Shown: positions 17,920 through 29,627 of the stretch, piece by piece
Layout: every line of letters starts with the position of its first letter
Position numbering within the stretch: position 1 is the first letter of the stretch
Source: an uncultured delta proteobacterium
Lineage (GTDB): Bacteria > Myxococcota_A > Polyangia > Palsa-1104
Length of the DNA stretch: 64,000 bases
Reading direction: 5' to 3'
NCBI GenBank assembly: GCA_963785725.1
Contig: CAWAWS010000005.1
Span: forward strand, 32,001 to 96,000
Translations under genes and position numbers: made by a program
The notes under the pieces: generated by a model
Databases searched by the model: none
Told to the model about the DNA's origin: nothing
What the model saw: only the letters and a program-made list of their open reading frames with translations

Positions 17920-18630
17920 ATGCGTGCAAACAAGATCCTGGTCGCGGTCGATTTCGGCGCGACCTCGTTGCTGGCAATGGAGACGGCGCTCGACTTCGCC
18001 CGGCGGCTCGACGCGTCGCTGGAGATCGTCCACGTCTGCCCGCGCGTTCCTTTCGAAGCGGAGACGAACGCGACGGCCCCGGCCTATATCGAGGACGCGC
18101 AGCGCGAGCTGTCGCTGCTCGGTGCACGCGCGGAGGCGGCGGGACTGAAAGCGGCCACCCACCTGCGGCAAGAGAGCGTCGTGTTCGGCCTGCTCGAAGC
18201 CATCGACGAGCTGCAACCCACGCTCATCGTGCTCGGCAGCCACGGCCGCGGCGGGCTGACGCGCGTGCTCTTGGGCAGCGTCTCGGAGGCCGTCGCCCGG
18301 CGTAGCCGAGTGCCGGTCCTGATCGTGCCCTCGCCCGAGCGCGACAAAGAGGCCGTCGCGCAGGCCTGGAGCTGCCGCGACTGCGGCCACATCCTCTCCG
18401 ACGGCGAGTCGACGACGACCTGCGCACGCTGCGGCGAATCGCCGGCGCGCTGGAGCTCGGCGCCGCTGGGCGGCGGCCCCGCCGACGCCGGCGAGCCCAC
18501 CGTCGGCATCGCGGTCGGCGATGAGAGCCAGTCGATCGTGACGCAGGATCCGGTCGAGCTGTTCGCGACCGCGCCCGCCGGCATCGGCGGCGGCACCACG
18601 AACGCCGAGCTGCGCATCCGTCGCTTCTGA
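17920..18630 (+). CDS. Universal stress protein with C-terminal rubredoxin-like/Zn-ribbon domain
   Basis: USP motifs, then WSCRDCGHI...CARCG. Confidence 0.88.
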   Translation: MRANKILVAVDFGATSLLAMETALDFARRLDASLEIVHVCPRVPFEAETNATAPAYIEDAQRELSLLGARAEAAGLKAATHLRQESVVFGLLEAIDELQPTLIVLGSHGRGGLTRVLLGSVSEAVARRSRVPVLIVPSPERDKEAVAQAWSCRDCGHILSDGESTTTCARCGESPARWSSAPLGGGPADAGEPTVGIAVGDESQSIVTQDPVELFATAPAGIGGGTTNAELRIRRF

Positions 18631-18732
18631 CTGTCACGCCCGCCCCGCGCGATAGCCGCGCCACCTCGACGCCATTCGCATCGCCCGAGACGTATGCCAG
18701 GTCGTGCCACGCCCGTCGCCGCCGACGCCGCA

Positions 18733-18776
18733 CGCAAGCGCTGCGTCGCCTGCGCCGGCCCTCCGCAACTCTTGCG
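18733..18776. promoter_or_regulatory. Paired enhancer-like boxes
   Basis: CGCAAGCGCTGCG and CGCAACTCTTGCG, 31 bp apart. Confidence 0.72.
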
Positions 18777-18816
18777 CGGTCTTGCGGTTTCGCCCCGCGC
18801 GACCGCCGCGAAGAGT

Positions 18817-18832
18817 TGGCGCGGTTCGCGCA
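18817..18832 (+). promoter_or_regulatory. sigma54 promoter
   Basis: TGGCGCGGTTCGCGCA. Confidence 0.55.
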
Positions 18833-18860
18833 GAGGCGAAGGCCATCGACGGAGGTTCCC

Positions 18861-19061
18861 ATGAAAGAAGCGATGGTTGCAGGCTCGAGCGCGATCAACT
18901 GGACCGGTGTCGCGGTGATCGCCGGTGGTGGCGCGGCCGTGCTCCTGACCGACGTGTTGCTGGGAGCGCCGATGGCCGGATGGCACAGCGCGCTGGCTGC
19001 CTCGGGATTGGCGGGCGGGATTACGGCGGTGCTCGCCTACGTGTTCTCGCACGGTCATTAG
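18861..19061 (+). CDS. 66-aa two-TM membrane protein
   Basis: GGAGG RBS, own promoter and boxes, two hydrophobic segments. Confidence 0.65.
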   Translation: MKEAMVAGSSAINWTGVAVIAGGGAAVLLTDVLLGAPMAGWHSALAASGLAGGITAVLAYVFSHGH

Positions 19062-19092
19062 TCGGACAAGCTCCCGACCGCCCGCTTCCACC

Positions 19093-19164
19093 GCGCCGGC
19101 GGCGCTGCACGAGCTCGCGCTCGACCTGCGCTGGACGTGGAGCAGCGCCGCCGCCGAGGATTGG
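19093..19164 (+). pseudogene. Relic of an alpha-glucan (glycogen) phosphorylase N-terminus
   Basis: Translates APAALHELALDLRWTWSSAAAEDW, resembling GlgP LxELAxDLRWxW; no start codon and no body. Confidence 0.55.
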
Positions 19165-19210
19165 CCGCCGGCGTGGCACGGGCGCCGGCGGCCGTCGTTC
19201 TCGCCGGGCT

Positions 19211-21779
19211 TCAGCGGATGAGCTTGCGCATCAGTCGCCCCTTGACCAGCTCGACCAACCCCAAGTAAGTGAGCGTCGCCAGCGTCAAGAAGGCGAAGAA
19301 CGGCAGCGGCAACGGCACGAAGCCGAGCGCGCCCGCCAGCGGCGAATAGGGCAGCGCCAGCGCCACCGCCGTCGCGCCCAGCGTCGTCAGCACGAGCGCC
19401 GGGCTGGGCCGATTGCGCCACGGCCGCCCAACGGTGCGAATGACGAACAGCACCAGCGTCTGCGTCGCCAGCGACTCGACGAACCAGCCCGTGTGAAACA
19501 GCCGCTCGGACGCGTGAAACAGCCGCAGCAGCACGAAGAAGGTCAGAAAGTCGTAGATCGAGCTGAGCGGGCCGATCCACAGCATGAAGCTGCGAATCGC
19601 GCCGATGTCCCACTTGCGCGGCTTGATCGTGTAGGCCGGGTCGACGCGATCGAGCGGGATCGTCAGCTGCGCCAGGTCGTAGAGGAAATTATTGAGCAGG
19701 ATCTGCGTCGGCAGCATCGGCAGGAACGGCAAGAAGAGCGACGCGCCCGCCATCGACAGCATGTTGCCGAAGTTGGAGCTGGTGCCCATGAGCAGGTACT
19801 TGAGCACGTTGCCGAAGGCGCGCCGCCCCTCGACGATGCCGGTATGCAGGACGTCGAGGCCCGGCCGCATGAGGATGACCTCGGCGGCGTCGCGCGCCAC
19901 GTCGACGGCGCTGGCGACCGAGATGCCGACATCGGCGGCGCGCAAGGAAGGCGCATCGTTGATGCCGTCGCCGAGGAAGCCGACGACGTGGCCGCGACTC
20001 TTGAGCGCCATCAGAGATCCGGTTCTTCTGCCCGGGGCTCAGCCGCGCGAACAGCGCCACCTCCTCGGCGCGCTTGCCCAGCGCCGCGTCGGTCAGCCGA
20101 CCGATGTCGGCGCCCGAGAGCACATCGTCGACGGGCAAGCCGACGCGCGCGCAGACATGACGGGCAACGGGCTCGTTGTCGCCGGTGAGGATCTTGACCA
20201 CGACGCCGTCGGCGCGCAGCCGCTCGAGCATGGCCGCGGCGTCGTCGCGAGGCGGGTCGCAAAAGGCGAGGAAGCCGAGGAGCGTGAGGTCGCGCTCGTC
20301 GCCGGCGTCGAGCCCGTCCGGGCGTGTGACCGCGGCGATCGCCACCGCCAGCACGCGCAACCCCTCTTCGCCGAGCGCACCGAAGGTCGCTTGCGCGCGC
20401 GCCTGCTCGGCGTCATCGAATGGGATGCGGCGACCGTCGCGCTCGACCGCGCTGCACAGCGGCAGCACCGACTCCGGCGCGCCCTTGGTGACGAGCAGAT
20501 GCTGCGCGTCGTGCTGCAAGACGACGGAGACGCGCCGGCGCTCGAAGTCGAACGGGATCTCGTCCGTCTTGCGCCAACCTTCGGCCGGCGTGCACGGTCG
20601 CGCCAGGATGGCGGCGTCGAGCGGGCTCTTGATGCCGGTCTCGTAAACCGCGTTGAGATAGCCGTGCTCGAGCACACGCGGCGCGTCGTTGCCGGCGATG
20701 TCGACGGTGCGCTCGAGCGCGGTCGAGCCGGTGGTGAGCGTGCCGGTCTTGTCGCTGCACAACACATCGATGCTGCCGAGGTTCTGGATCGCCGCCAGCT
20801 GCTTCACGATCACGTGCGCACGGCCCATGCGCACCGCGCCGCGCGCCAGCGTCACCGTCGTGATCATGGGCAGAAACTCGGGCGTCATGCCGACGGCGAG
20901 CGCGACGGCGAACAGCAGCGACTGAAAGGCGTCGCGATGCAGCAGCACGCTCACCATCACGATGAACAGCACGAGAAACAGCACGGTGCGCGCGATGAAG
21001 AGGCCGAACTGCCGCGTGCCGCGCTCGAACTCCGTCGGCGGCGGGTGATGCGCCAGCCGGGCAGCGATGTCGCCGAAGGCGGTGGCCGCGCCGGTAAAGG
21101 CCACCCGCGCCGTCGCCGTGCCGCTGACGACGGAAGTGCCGAGGAAAACCATGTGCGCCGCGTCGGCGTCGCGCGAGACCGGCAGCACCCCCGAGCGCTT
21201 CTCGACCGGCAGCGACTCGCCCGTCAGCGCCGCCTGCGCCACATGCAAATCGTGGGATGACAAGAGCCGGCAGTCGGCGGGGACCAAGTCTCCCGCGCAC
21301 AGCTTGACGAGATCGCCGGGGACGATTTCGCGGCGCGGCAGCTCTTGCCAACGACCGTCGCGCATGACGGTCGCCGTCGGCGCGACCGTCGCCTGCAGAC
21401 GCTCCACGGCGCGCGCCGAGCGATAGGTCTGCACGAAGTCGATGGCGATGCCGAGCACGACCATGAGCCCGATGATCGCCGCGTCCACGCGTTCGCCGAG
21501 CACGGCCGAGACCACCGCGGCGATGGCCAAGAGAAGTATCAACGGGCTGGCCGCGAAGTGACCGAGCGCTCGCAAGGGCGACCACCGGTCGGCCGTCGCC
21601 GATTCATTGAAGCCGTGACGCTCGCGCAGCGCGCGCGCCGCTTCGTCGGTCAGTCCGGCGTCGTCAGCGGCGGCGGATTCGCCGCCGGGCGCAGCCGCCT
21701 CGTTCGCCAGCGACGACCCCGCGATCCCCGAAGCGGCGGCGCGGCGATCGCGAGCAGAGACGCGAGTGACAGGGCGCAT
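19211..21779 (-). CDS. mgtA: Mg2+-translocating P-type ATPase; frameshift ~20015
   Basis: TGES, GMTPEFLP, DKTGTLT, KGAPE, GDGINDAP, SSNFGN, FHTGWFVES. Confidence 0.92.
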
Positions 21780-21791
21780 GTCGAACGCCGA

Positions 21792-21807
21792 TGCGAGGCC
21801 CGCGCCA
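21792..21807 (-). promoter_or_regulatory. sigma54 promoter, near-leaderless
   Basis: TGGCGCGGGCCTCGCA; ATG 14 nt after the -12 C. Confidence 0.6.
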
Positions 21808-21913
21808 ACGGATTCGCCGCGGAGCTCGCCGATCGGCGCATCCCGAGCGCGGACGTTGGAAGAACCGTGCCGTCGCCAACGCTCGACTGCCCTGGCCGCA
21901 TGACCCAGCGTCG

Positions 21914-21957
21914 CGCAACCTTGGCGCCCGGATCAGCCGGAAGCCGCAAAGTCTGCG
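21914..21957. promoter_or_regulatory. Paired enhancer-like boxes
   Basis: CGCAACCTTGGCG and CGCAAAGTCTGCG, 31 bp apart. Confidence 0.68.
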
Positions 21958-21987
21958 CGCATTCGACGGGTCGACGCCATCTGCGCC

Positions 21988-22003
21988 TGGCATCGCGCTC
22001 GCT
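21988..22003 (+). promoter_or_regulatory. sigma54 promoter, near-leaderless
   Basis: TGGCATCGCGCTCGCT; ATG 14 nt after the -12 C. Confidence 0.68.
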
Positions 22004-22015
22004 AAGAGCCGCGCC

Positions 22016-23249
22016 ATGCAAACGATCGCGGTCTTCATCATCCTGAGCGCGCTCTCCTGTCTGGCCTGGCAGTGCCGGCGTCTGTTTCAGTCCGCGCAAT
22101 CCCGCGTCGCCCGACCGTCGGTGCCGCGCGGTCATCCTGCGTTGACGATGGTGCGCCCCGTGCGCGGGCTCGACTTCGGAGCGCGCGCGAGCATCGAGAC
22201 GCTGCTGACGAGCGCCTATCCCGGAACGCTCGAGCTCATCCTCGTCCTCGACGATGACGATCCGGCGCTGCCGATGGTGCGCGCCCTAGTCCGACGCCAT
22301 CGGCAGCGCCATCCGGAGGCGTGCGTCAGGTCTTGCTCGCGGGCGCGCCGCCGGCCGGATGCTCGGGCGAGCTGCACGCGATGTCGGTCGGCGCGCGGCA
22401 CGCCACCGGCGCGCTCATCGGCTTCAGCGACTCCGACACGCGGCTCGAGCCGCAACAGCTGCATGCGATGGTCGACGAGCTGCTCGCCGAGCCGAGCGCC
22501 GGCGACGTCTTCGCGCCCACCGTCGCCACCACGTCCCCACGCACGCTCGGCGAGGCCGGCGCCGCACTCTTGGTCAACCGCTGGTATGGCACCGTCGCCG
22601 CTGCCACGGCCGGACCAGCGCAAACGCTGCCCTTACTCACCGGTCCGCTCATGATCTTTCGCCGCGAAGCGCTCGACGCGATCGGGGGATCGGCTGCGCG
22701 GACAGCCAGCTCGTCGCCAAGATGGCGCTCGGCGGTCGCGTCGTCGCATGCGGCTATCGCAACCTCGTGAGCCGCTATCCGCTGCGCCTCGTCACCGAGT
22801 CGCTCGGCCTGTCGGGTCTCGTCGGGTTCATGCGCCGTTGGCTCCTGGTCTCGCGCAGCGGTCTGCCGGCGCGCCTCGCGCGTCCAGTGTGGCTGCACGA
22901 TTTGGCGCTCGGCGTCACGCTGGCGGCGCTCTGCGGCGCGCTCGTCGCCGGCTGGGTCGGCGTCGCCACGTTCGCGGCGCTCACGCTCGCCATTGGCTGC
23001 CTCGGTGACATCCTCTTGCATCAGGAGCTCGGCGGCGCACCCGTCCCTGTCAAGTGGTGGTGGGTCAGCCTGTTGATGGCGCTGCTCGGCCCGTTTGCGT
23101 TCGCGTCGCTGCTCTTCGGTCGTCGTGCTGGCCGCGCGGCCGGCGTTGGGCGTCAGGCGTCGCCCGAGCCGAGGACGTCGTCGACGATCGCGCGCGCTTC
23201 GTCCTGGATCTGCGCGAGGTGGTCGCGACCGCGAAAGCTCTCGGCGTAG
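22016..23249 (+). pseudogene. Degenerate duplicate of the GT21 glycosyltransferase
   Basis: Collinear with 3940-5115; frameshifts ~22330 and ~22686; GKL>GEL, LVDD>LVAK; WRGRDY tail lost; reads into the pgm 3' end. Confidence 0.7.
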
Positions 23250-24805
23250 ATCTTGTAGACATTCTCGGTCCCCGACGGGCGCGCCGCGAACCAGCCGTTC
23301 TCGGTCGCGACCTTGAGACCGCCGATGGGCTCGCCGTTGCCAGGCGCGTGGCTCAGCTTGGCGACGATGGGCTCGCCCGCCAACATGACGGCGCCGACCT
23401 CGGCCGGCGTGATGTGCTTGAGCCGCTCCTTTTGCGCTGCGCTCGCCGGGCTGTCGACTCGCGCGTAGACCGGATCGCCGAGCTCGGCGGTCAGGCGGCG
23501 ATAGCGTTCGCCGAGGTCGTCACCGGTGACCGCGCGAATCTCGGCCGCGAGCAGCGCGAGCAGGATCCCGTCCTTGTCGGTCGTCCAGGCGCTGCCATCG
23601 CGACGCAAGCAGGCCGCGCCCGCGCTCTCCTCGCCTGCGAAGCCGAGCGTGCCGTCGAAGAGACCGCCGGCGAACCACTTGAAGCCGACCGGGACCTCGA
23701 CGAGCGGCCGGCCGAGCTTGGCGGCGACGCGCTCGATGAGGCTGCTCGACACCAACGTCTTGCCGATAGCCAAGCCCGCGCGCCAGTCGGGTCGATGCGT
23801 GAACAGATATTCGATGGCGACCGCCAAGTAGTGGTTGGGGTTGAGCAAGCCCACCGACGGGACGACGATGCCGTGCCGATCGGCGTCCGTGTCATTGCCG
23901 AACGCGAGGTCGTGGCGGTCCTTGAGCTCGACGAGGCCCGCCATCGCCCACGGCGACGAGCAGTCCATCCTGATCTTGCCGTCGTGATCGACGCGCATGA
24001 AGGAGAAGGTCGGGTCGACACAATCGTGCACGATCGTCAGATCGAGCCGGTAACGCTCGGCGATCGGCGCCCAATAAGCCACGCTGGCGCCGCCCAGCGG
24101 ATCGACGGCCAGCGACAGCTTGGCCGCGCGCACCGCCTCGAGGTCGATGACGGACGCGAGATCGGCCACGTAGCCGCCGACGTAATCGTGCCGTCGTGTG
24201 GTCGCGGCCGAAAGCGCGCGCGCATAGGGAATCCGTCGCACATCGCGATTGCCGGCCGCGAGGAGCGCGTTGGCGGTGCGCTCGATGAAGGTCGTGATCG
24301 CGCCTTCGGCGGGGCCGCCGTGCGGTGGGTTGTACTTGAAGCCGCCGTCCGCGGGCGGGTTGTGCGATGGCGTCACGACGATGCCGTCGCCGTGACCGCT
24401 CTGTCGACCGCGATTGTGCGTGAGGATGGCGTGCGAGATGACGGGCGTCGGCGTGTAGCCGTCGGCGGCGTCGATGCGAACCTCGACCCCGTTGGCCGCC
24501 AACACCTCGAGCGCGCTGACCTGCGCCGGCTCCGACAAGGCGTGGGTGTCCTTGCCCAAGAAGAGCGGTCCCTCGATGCCCACGCTCTTGCGATAGAGAC
24601 AAATGGCCTGCGTGATGGCCAGGATGTGGTCCTCGTTGAACGTGCCGTCGAGGGCCGAGCCGCGATGGCCGGACGTGCCGAAGGCGACACGCTGCCCGGG
24701 CTCGCCCGGATCGACGCGGACTGCGTAATAGGCGGTGACGAGCCGCGGGACGTCGACGAGGATGGACCGCGGTGCGAGCTGGCCTGCGAGCGGATGTGGG
24801 CTCAT
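23153..24805 (-). CDS. pgm: Phosphoglucomutase
   Basis: [35 protein letters not shown] follows GGAG. Confidence 0.95.
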   Translation of the reverse strand: MSPHPLAGQLAPRSILVDVPRLVTAYYAVRVDPGEPGQRVAFGTSGHRGSALDGTFNEDHILAITQAICLYRKSVGIEGPLFLGKDTHALSEPAQVSALEVLAANGVEVRIDAADGYTPTPVISHAILTHNRGRQSGHGDGIVVTPSHNPPADGGFKYNPPHGGPAEGAITTFIERTANALLAAGNRDVRRIPYARALSAATTRRHDYVGGYVADLASVIDLEAVRAAKLSLAVDPLGGASVAYWAPIAERYRLDLTIVHDCVDPTFSFMRVDHDGKIRMDCSSPWAMAGLVELKDRHDLAFGNDTDADRHGIVVPSVGLLNPNHYLAVAIEYLFTHRPDWRAGLAIGKTLVSSSLIERVAAKLGRPLVEVPVGFKWFAGGLFDGTLGFAGEESAGAACLRRDGSAWTTDKDGILLALLAAEIRAVTGDDLGERYRRLTAELGDPVYARVDSPASAAQKERLKHITPAEVGAVMLAGEPIVAKLSHAPGNGEPIGGLKVATENGWFAARPSGTENVYKIYAESFRGRDHLAQIQDEARAIVDDVLGSGDA

Positions 24806-24899
24806 GACTCTCCTGATCGGGCGGCGACGACGACTGTACTCGAAGCGAGCCGTCACTGCCGATCAGCGTGCGCGCCGCGACCACGATGCAGCCGTGCGA

Positions 24900-25337
24900 C
24901 TATGGCGCGGCCGCGCGCAGCTTGACCGGACGGCGACGCCGGCGCGCTCGGCTCAACAGCTCGCTCAGCGCACGCAAGGCGTCGATCGTGGTCAAGATGC
25001 CGACGACCTTCTCGTGCTCGACCACGATCATAGAGCCGAGCTTGTGTTGCGCCATCTCGGCGGCGGCCCACTCGAGTGAGCTGTCGGGCGAGATGACATG
25101 CGGTGCCGCCGTCATCGCCTCGGATACGACGACCCGCGCCAAGTCGACAGCCGGCAGCGCGCCCACCAGCGCGACGTCGCGCGCGGAGAGGATGCCGACG
25201 AGTCGGCCGCCGTCCAGCACCGGCAGATGGCGGAATCCGTGGAGGCGCATCCGCTCGGCCGCCTCTGCCAGCGGCTGGTCGGCGCCGATCGTCTGCGGGG
25301 CAGCCGTCATGAACGCACGAATCGTGAGCTTGTCCAT
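24900..25337 (-). CDS. CBS-pair protein
   Basis: FRHLPV...VGILSARD...VGILTTID. Confidence 0.9.
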   Translation of the reverse strand: MDKLTIRAFMTAAPQTIGADQPLAEAAERMRLHGFRHLPVLDGGRLVGILSARDVALVGALPAVDLARVVVSEAMTAAPHVISPDSSLEWAAAEMAQHKLGSMIVVEHEKVVGILTTIDALRALSELLSRARRRRRPVKLRAAAP

Positions 25338-25373
25338 GCTCGCGTCCAATGCAGCGGGCGAGCCAGCGGCCGC

Positions 25374-25793
25374 TTACTCGCGGACGACGAGCACCGACTG
25401 CTTGGCGTGGTCGACCACCTTCGCCGCGGTCGTGCCGAGCAGCCGATCGACACCGCCATAGCCGTGCGAGCCGATCACGACGAGCGCCGCGCCTTCGTCG
25501 CGCGCGGCGTCACAGATGACGTGCCACGGCACGCCGACCTCGACGCGAAGCTTGGCGACCACCTCGGGCGGCAGCTCGGCCGCGCGCGCCGCCAGCGCCG
25601 CGCGTGCCTCGCGCTCGAGCGTGGCCACGACCTCGTCCGGGCGCACCGTCAACAGGTGCGGCGGCAGCTCGACCGGCCGCGTGACGGCGCGCAAGAGCAC
25701 GAGCTGGTCCCCGAGCCGGGTGAGCCGCAGCGCCGCGCGCAACACGGCCGGCTCCCGCGGTGAGCCATCCAGTCCTACGATAATCTCGGGCAT
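25374..25793 (-). CDS. Universal stress protein
   Basis: IIVGLDGS...VIGSHGYGG...LGTTAAKVV. Confidence 0.9.
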   Translation of the reverse strand: MPEIIVGLDGSPREPAVLRAALRLTRLGDQLVLLRAVTRPVELPPHLLTVRPDEVVATLEREARAALAARAAELPPEVVAKLRVEVGVPWHVICDAARDEGAALVVIGSHGYGGVDRLLGTTAAKVVDHAKQSVLVVRE

Positions 25794-25822
25794 CTCGCGC
25801 TCCTCCAAAACCTGGGCGAGTC

Positions 25823-26458
25823 TCAGGCGGCATGGCCACCCTGACGCGCGAGCCAGCGGGTCACGTCGAGTGTCGTGACCAGCCCGACGATCTCCAGATG
25901 GCCCGCGGTCACGAGGACGTGATGCACCCCTTCCGTCGCCATCAGCGCCGCTCCTTGCAGAAGTGAGACGTGCTCGTCGACCATGAACGGAATGGGCATC
26001 ATGACCTCGTCGACGGTCCGGGCATCGCTGCCGAGGGCCAGCGCGCCCAAGAGGTCGGAGCGCGCCAGCATTCCAACCGGGCGTCCGCCTGGGCCGACGA
26101 CAGGCGCTCCGCTCAGGCCTCGCTCGATGAGGAGTGTCCGTGCGTCGCCGCAACCGACGCTGGCCGCCAGGCAGACGCACGATTCGCCCATGACCTCGCC
26201 CATGGTCGGGATGGTCAGGGTGAGCGTCTCGGTCGCGGCGGCCGGCGACGGCGGCGCCGACGCGCACAGCACGGCGCGAATCCCATTCTGATCGAGCCGC
26301 AGCCCATGACTGCGCTGGCAGGCGTGGCAGCGATCGAGCGAGCAGGTCGCACCTCGCTCGGGGCAATGCACCACCAGCGCGCGCTCGCATGCGCCTCGCT
26401 TGTAATAGGTCGATCGAACGCGCACGCCAATCTGCGTCAACGTCGTGGGCGGGCTCAT
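25823..26458 (-). CDS. CBS-pair protein with N-terminal Cys-rich domain
   Basis: HCPERGATCSLDRCHAC...VLC, then a CBS pair; GGAGG RBS. Confidence 0.82.
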   Translation of the reverse strand: MSPPTTLTQIGVRVRSTYYKRGACERALVVHCPERGATCSLDRCHACQRSHGLRLDQNGIRAVLCASAPPSPAAATETLTLTIPTMGEVMGESCVCLAASVGCGDARTLLIERGLSGAPVVGPGGRPVGMLARSDLLGALALGSDARTVDEVMMPIPFMVDEHVSLLQGAALMATEGVHHVLVTAGHLEIVGLVTTLDVTRWLARQGGHAA

Positions 26459-26482
26459 CGTGCACCTCCACGTCATCCGCTA

Positions 26483-26573
26483 TGAGAAAAGCGTGCCGGC
26501 TAAAGGGCGCGATGGACCCTGATCTTTCGCGCAAACGCTGCGCCCGCCGGCAGATCGCGCGCCAAATCGTGCG
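26483..26573 (-). promoter_or_regulatory. Variant sigma54 promoter with paired boxes
   Basis: CGGCACGCTTTTCTCA (-12 GC>TC) at 26483-26498; boxes CGCAAACGCTGCG (26530) and GCCAAATCGTGCG (26561). Confidence 0.55.
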
Positions 26574-26601
26574 CGGGTCGCCGCTCGGTTGCGCGTCGGC
26601 T

Positions 26602-26763
26602 TCAGCGTTTCGCGGGGCGCCTTCGTTTGCGCGCGATGGTCGCGGCCGACGCCTTCTTGCTCTTGCCGGCTTTGGCGCGGGTCGTGCGCTGTTTGCGCGC
26701 GGCCGGGATGAAGATCGAGAGCTCGTGAATCAGATCGTCTTCGGAGTCTTTCTGCTTGGTCAT
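26602..26763 (-). CDS. 53-aa highly basic small protein
   Basis: MTKQKDSEDDLIHELSIFIP followed by a K/R/A-rich tail; GAGG upstream. Confidence 0.5.
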   Translation of the reverse strand: MTKQKDSEDDLIHELSIFIPAARKQRTTRAKAGKSKKASAATIARKRRRPAKR

Positions 26764-26913
26764 ACGCGCCTCAGCTTGATCATCGCTCGCCGCCGTGCAG
26801 GCGCCTCCGCGACGATACATTGCGCAACGTCTTCGCTTTCATTCGTCATGACAGGTCGTGGCGCCGCGTTTCGTCGAGGCGGAGGAGGAGCGCGACCGTG
26901 TCCTCGCGACCGC

Positions 26914-27411
26914 TCATGACGCATGCTCGGTCACGACCGGCGTCACTGTCCTCGCCTCTTGGACCGCCGCCGCGCGAATCGTCAGCACCGGAATCGGCGA
27001 GCGCCGCATGACCGCCTCGGCGATCGAGCCCATCAAGAGGCGACGCAAGCCGGTGCGCCCGTGCGTACCCATGACGATGAGATCGTAGTGGCCCGATTCG
27101 GCCAGCCGCAGAATCTCGTCTGCCGGCGCGCCCATCAACGCCTGCGCCGTCACCTCGATGCCGGCGGCGCGCGCGACGACCGCTGCGCGCGCCTGCGCCA
27201 GCGCCGTCTCGGCGCGCTCGGTCACCCCCCACAGCTCGTCGGCGGTCGCCGGGAACGCGCTGCCGTCGGGCAGGATGATGCCCGGCGGACCGTACACGTG
27301 CACCAGCTCGATCGCGCCACCGGCGGTCGGAGCCAAGGCGACGGCCACCTCGGCGGCGGGCATGGCGTTGGCCGAGAAGTCGGTGGGTACCAGAATTCGC
27401 TTGAATCGCAT
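26914..27411 (-). CDS. Universal stress protein
   Basis: RILVPTDFS...DLIVMGTHGRTG...MGSIAE; GAGGA RBS. Confidence 0.93.
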   Translation of the reverse strand: MRFKRILVPTDFSANAMPAAEVAVALAPTAGGAIELVHVYGPPGIILPDGSAFPATADELWGVTERAETALAQARAAVVARAAGIEVTAQALMGAPADEILRLAESGHYDLIVMGTHGRTGLRRLLMGSIAEAVMRRSPIPVLTIRAAAVQEARTVTPVVTEHAS

Positions 27412-27451
27412 GTGATCCTCCTCGAGCGTGCTCATCGCCGAATGGCCGATC

Positions 27452-27715
27452 TCATCGCGTGACGCGCACGACGTCACCGACTGGTCGCCGCGCGGTCGGC
27501 GGAACGGCCGACCCATAGCCGAGGCGCAAGACGAGCTGCGGATGTCCCGTTTGGCCCAACGGATCGCGCAGCCGCTCGCGCATGAGGAAGCGCCAAGGCT
27601 GCGAGTTGTGCGTCGAAGGCGCCAAGATGGCGAAGCGCGCGGCGAAGGCCAGCTTCTCCTCGTCCGAGCCCTGCGCCGGGAATTCGCCGACGTCCTGTCG
27701 AGCCTCGAGGTCCAT
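27452..27715 (-). pseudogene. Internally deleted Acg-type nitroreductase
   Basis: N-terminal LAPSTHNSQPWRF joined in frame to C-terminal PQLVLRLGYG...TARRPV. Confidence 0.7.
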
Positions 27716-27728
27716 GCTCGTTCCTTAT

Positions 27729-27744
27729 TGCCAATGACGTGCCG
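27729..27744 (-). promoter_or_regulatory. sigma54 promoter, near-leaderless
   Basis: CGGCACGTCATTGGCA; ATG 15 nt after the -12 C. Confidence 0.68.
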
Positions 27745-27775
27745 GCGCGAAAAGCCGGCCGAGCGTTCCCGATCG

Positions 27776-27818
27776 CGCAAGCGATGCGCCGGCGCTCGAT
27801 GGAGACGCAAAGGCAGCG
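27776..27818. promoter_or_regulatory. Paired enhancer-like boxes
   Basis: CGCAAGCGATGCG and CGCAAAGGCAGCG, 30 bp apart. Confidence 0.68.
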
Positions 27819-28015
27819 CGAACGCACGCGCGCGCCGACTGACGCCGAGCGTCGCGCCCAGCTGCGGGCGCAGTCGCCGTAACACGCTCGAAGATGCCTT
27901 TACTGCGCGAAGTCAATGGGCGGCGTGAAGAGCAACGGTTGCGCGGGACAGCGTGCCGTGCCGCGGCGCTTACGGGCGCGACGCGTCGGTGGTCGAGTCG
28001 AGCTCGGTCCGGGGA

Positions 28016-29389
<1,374 letters not shown>

Positions 29390-29463
29390 CTGTTCCTCTC
29401 GATTCCGCTGTTCGCCAGGCAAGCCATCGTCGAATCGGTGCGCGCAACTGCTCCTGCGAGCCA

Positions 29464-29479
29464 AGCAAGCTTCGCGCCA
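29464..29479 (-). promoter_or_regulatory. sigma54 promoter of the activator gene
   Basis: TGGCGCGAAGCTTGCT. Confidence 0.78.
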
Positions 29480-29511
29480 GCCAGAGGAACCCAGCTGGCG
29501 CGTCACACGCC

Positions 29512-29554
29512 GGCAAACGTTGCGCCGGTACCGAGCACAAACGCAAGCTTTGCG
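29512..29554. promoter_or_regulatory. Paired enhancer-like boxes
   Basis: GGCAAACGTTGCG and CGCAAGCTTTGCG, 30 bp apart. Confidence 0.75.
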
Positions 29555-29627
29555 CGTATCAGTCCAGCTGAGGCGGAGCCTGCGGCGAGTCGTTCTTTCT
29601 AGGGCGACACGCGTCGGGATGGAGGCG

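Noticed and set aside
18684..18709. Minus-strand TGGCACGACCTGGCA motif
   Set aside because: The -24/-12 spacing is off by one and no gene lies downstream.
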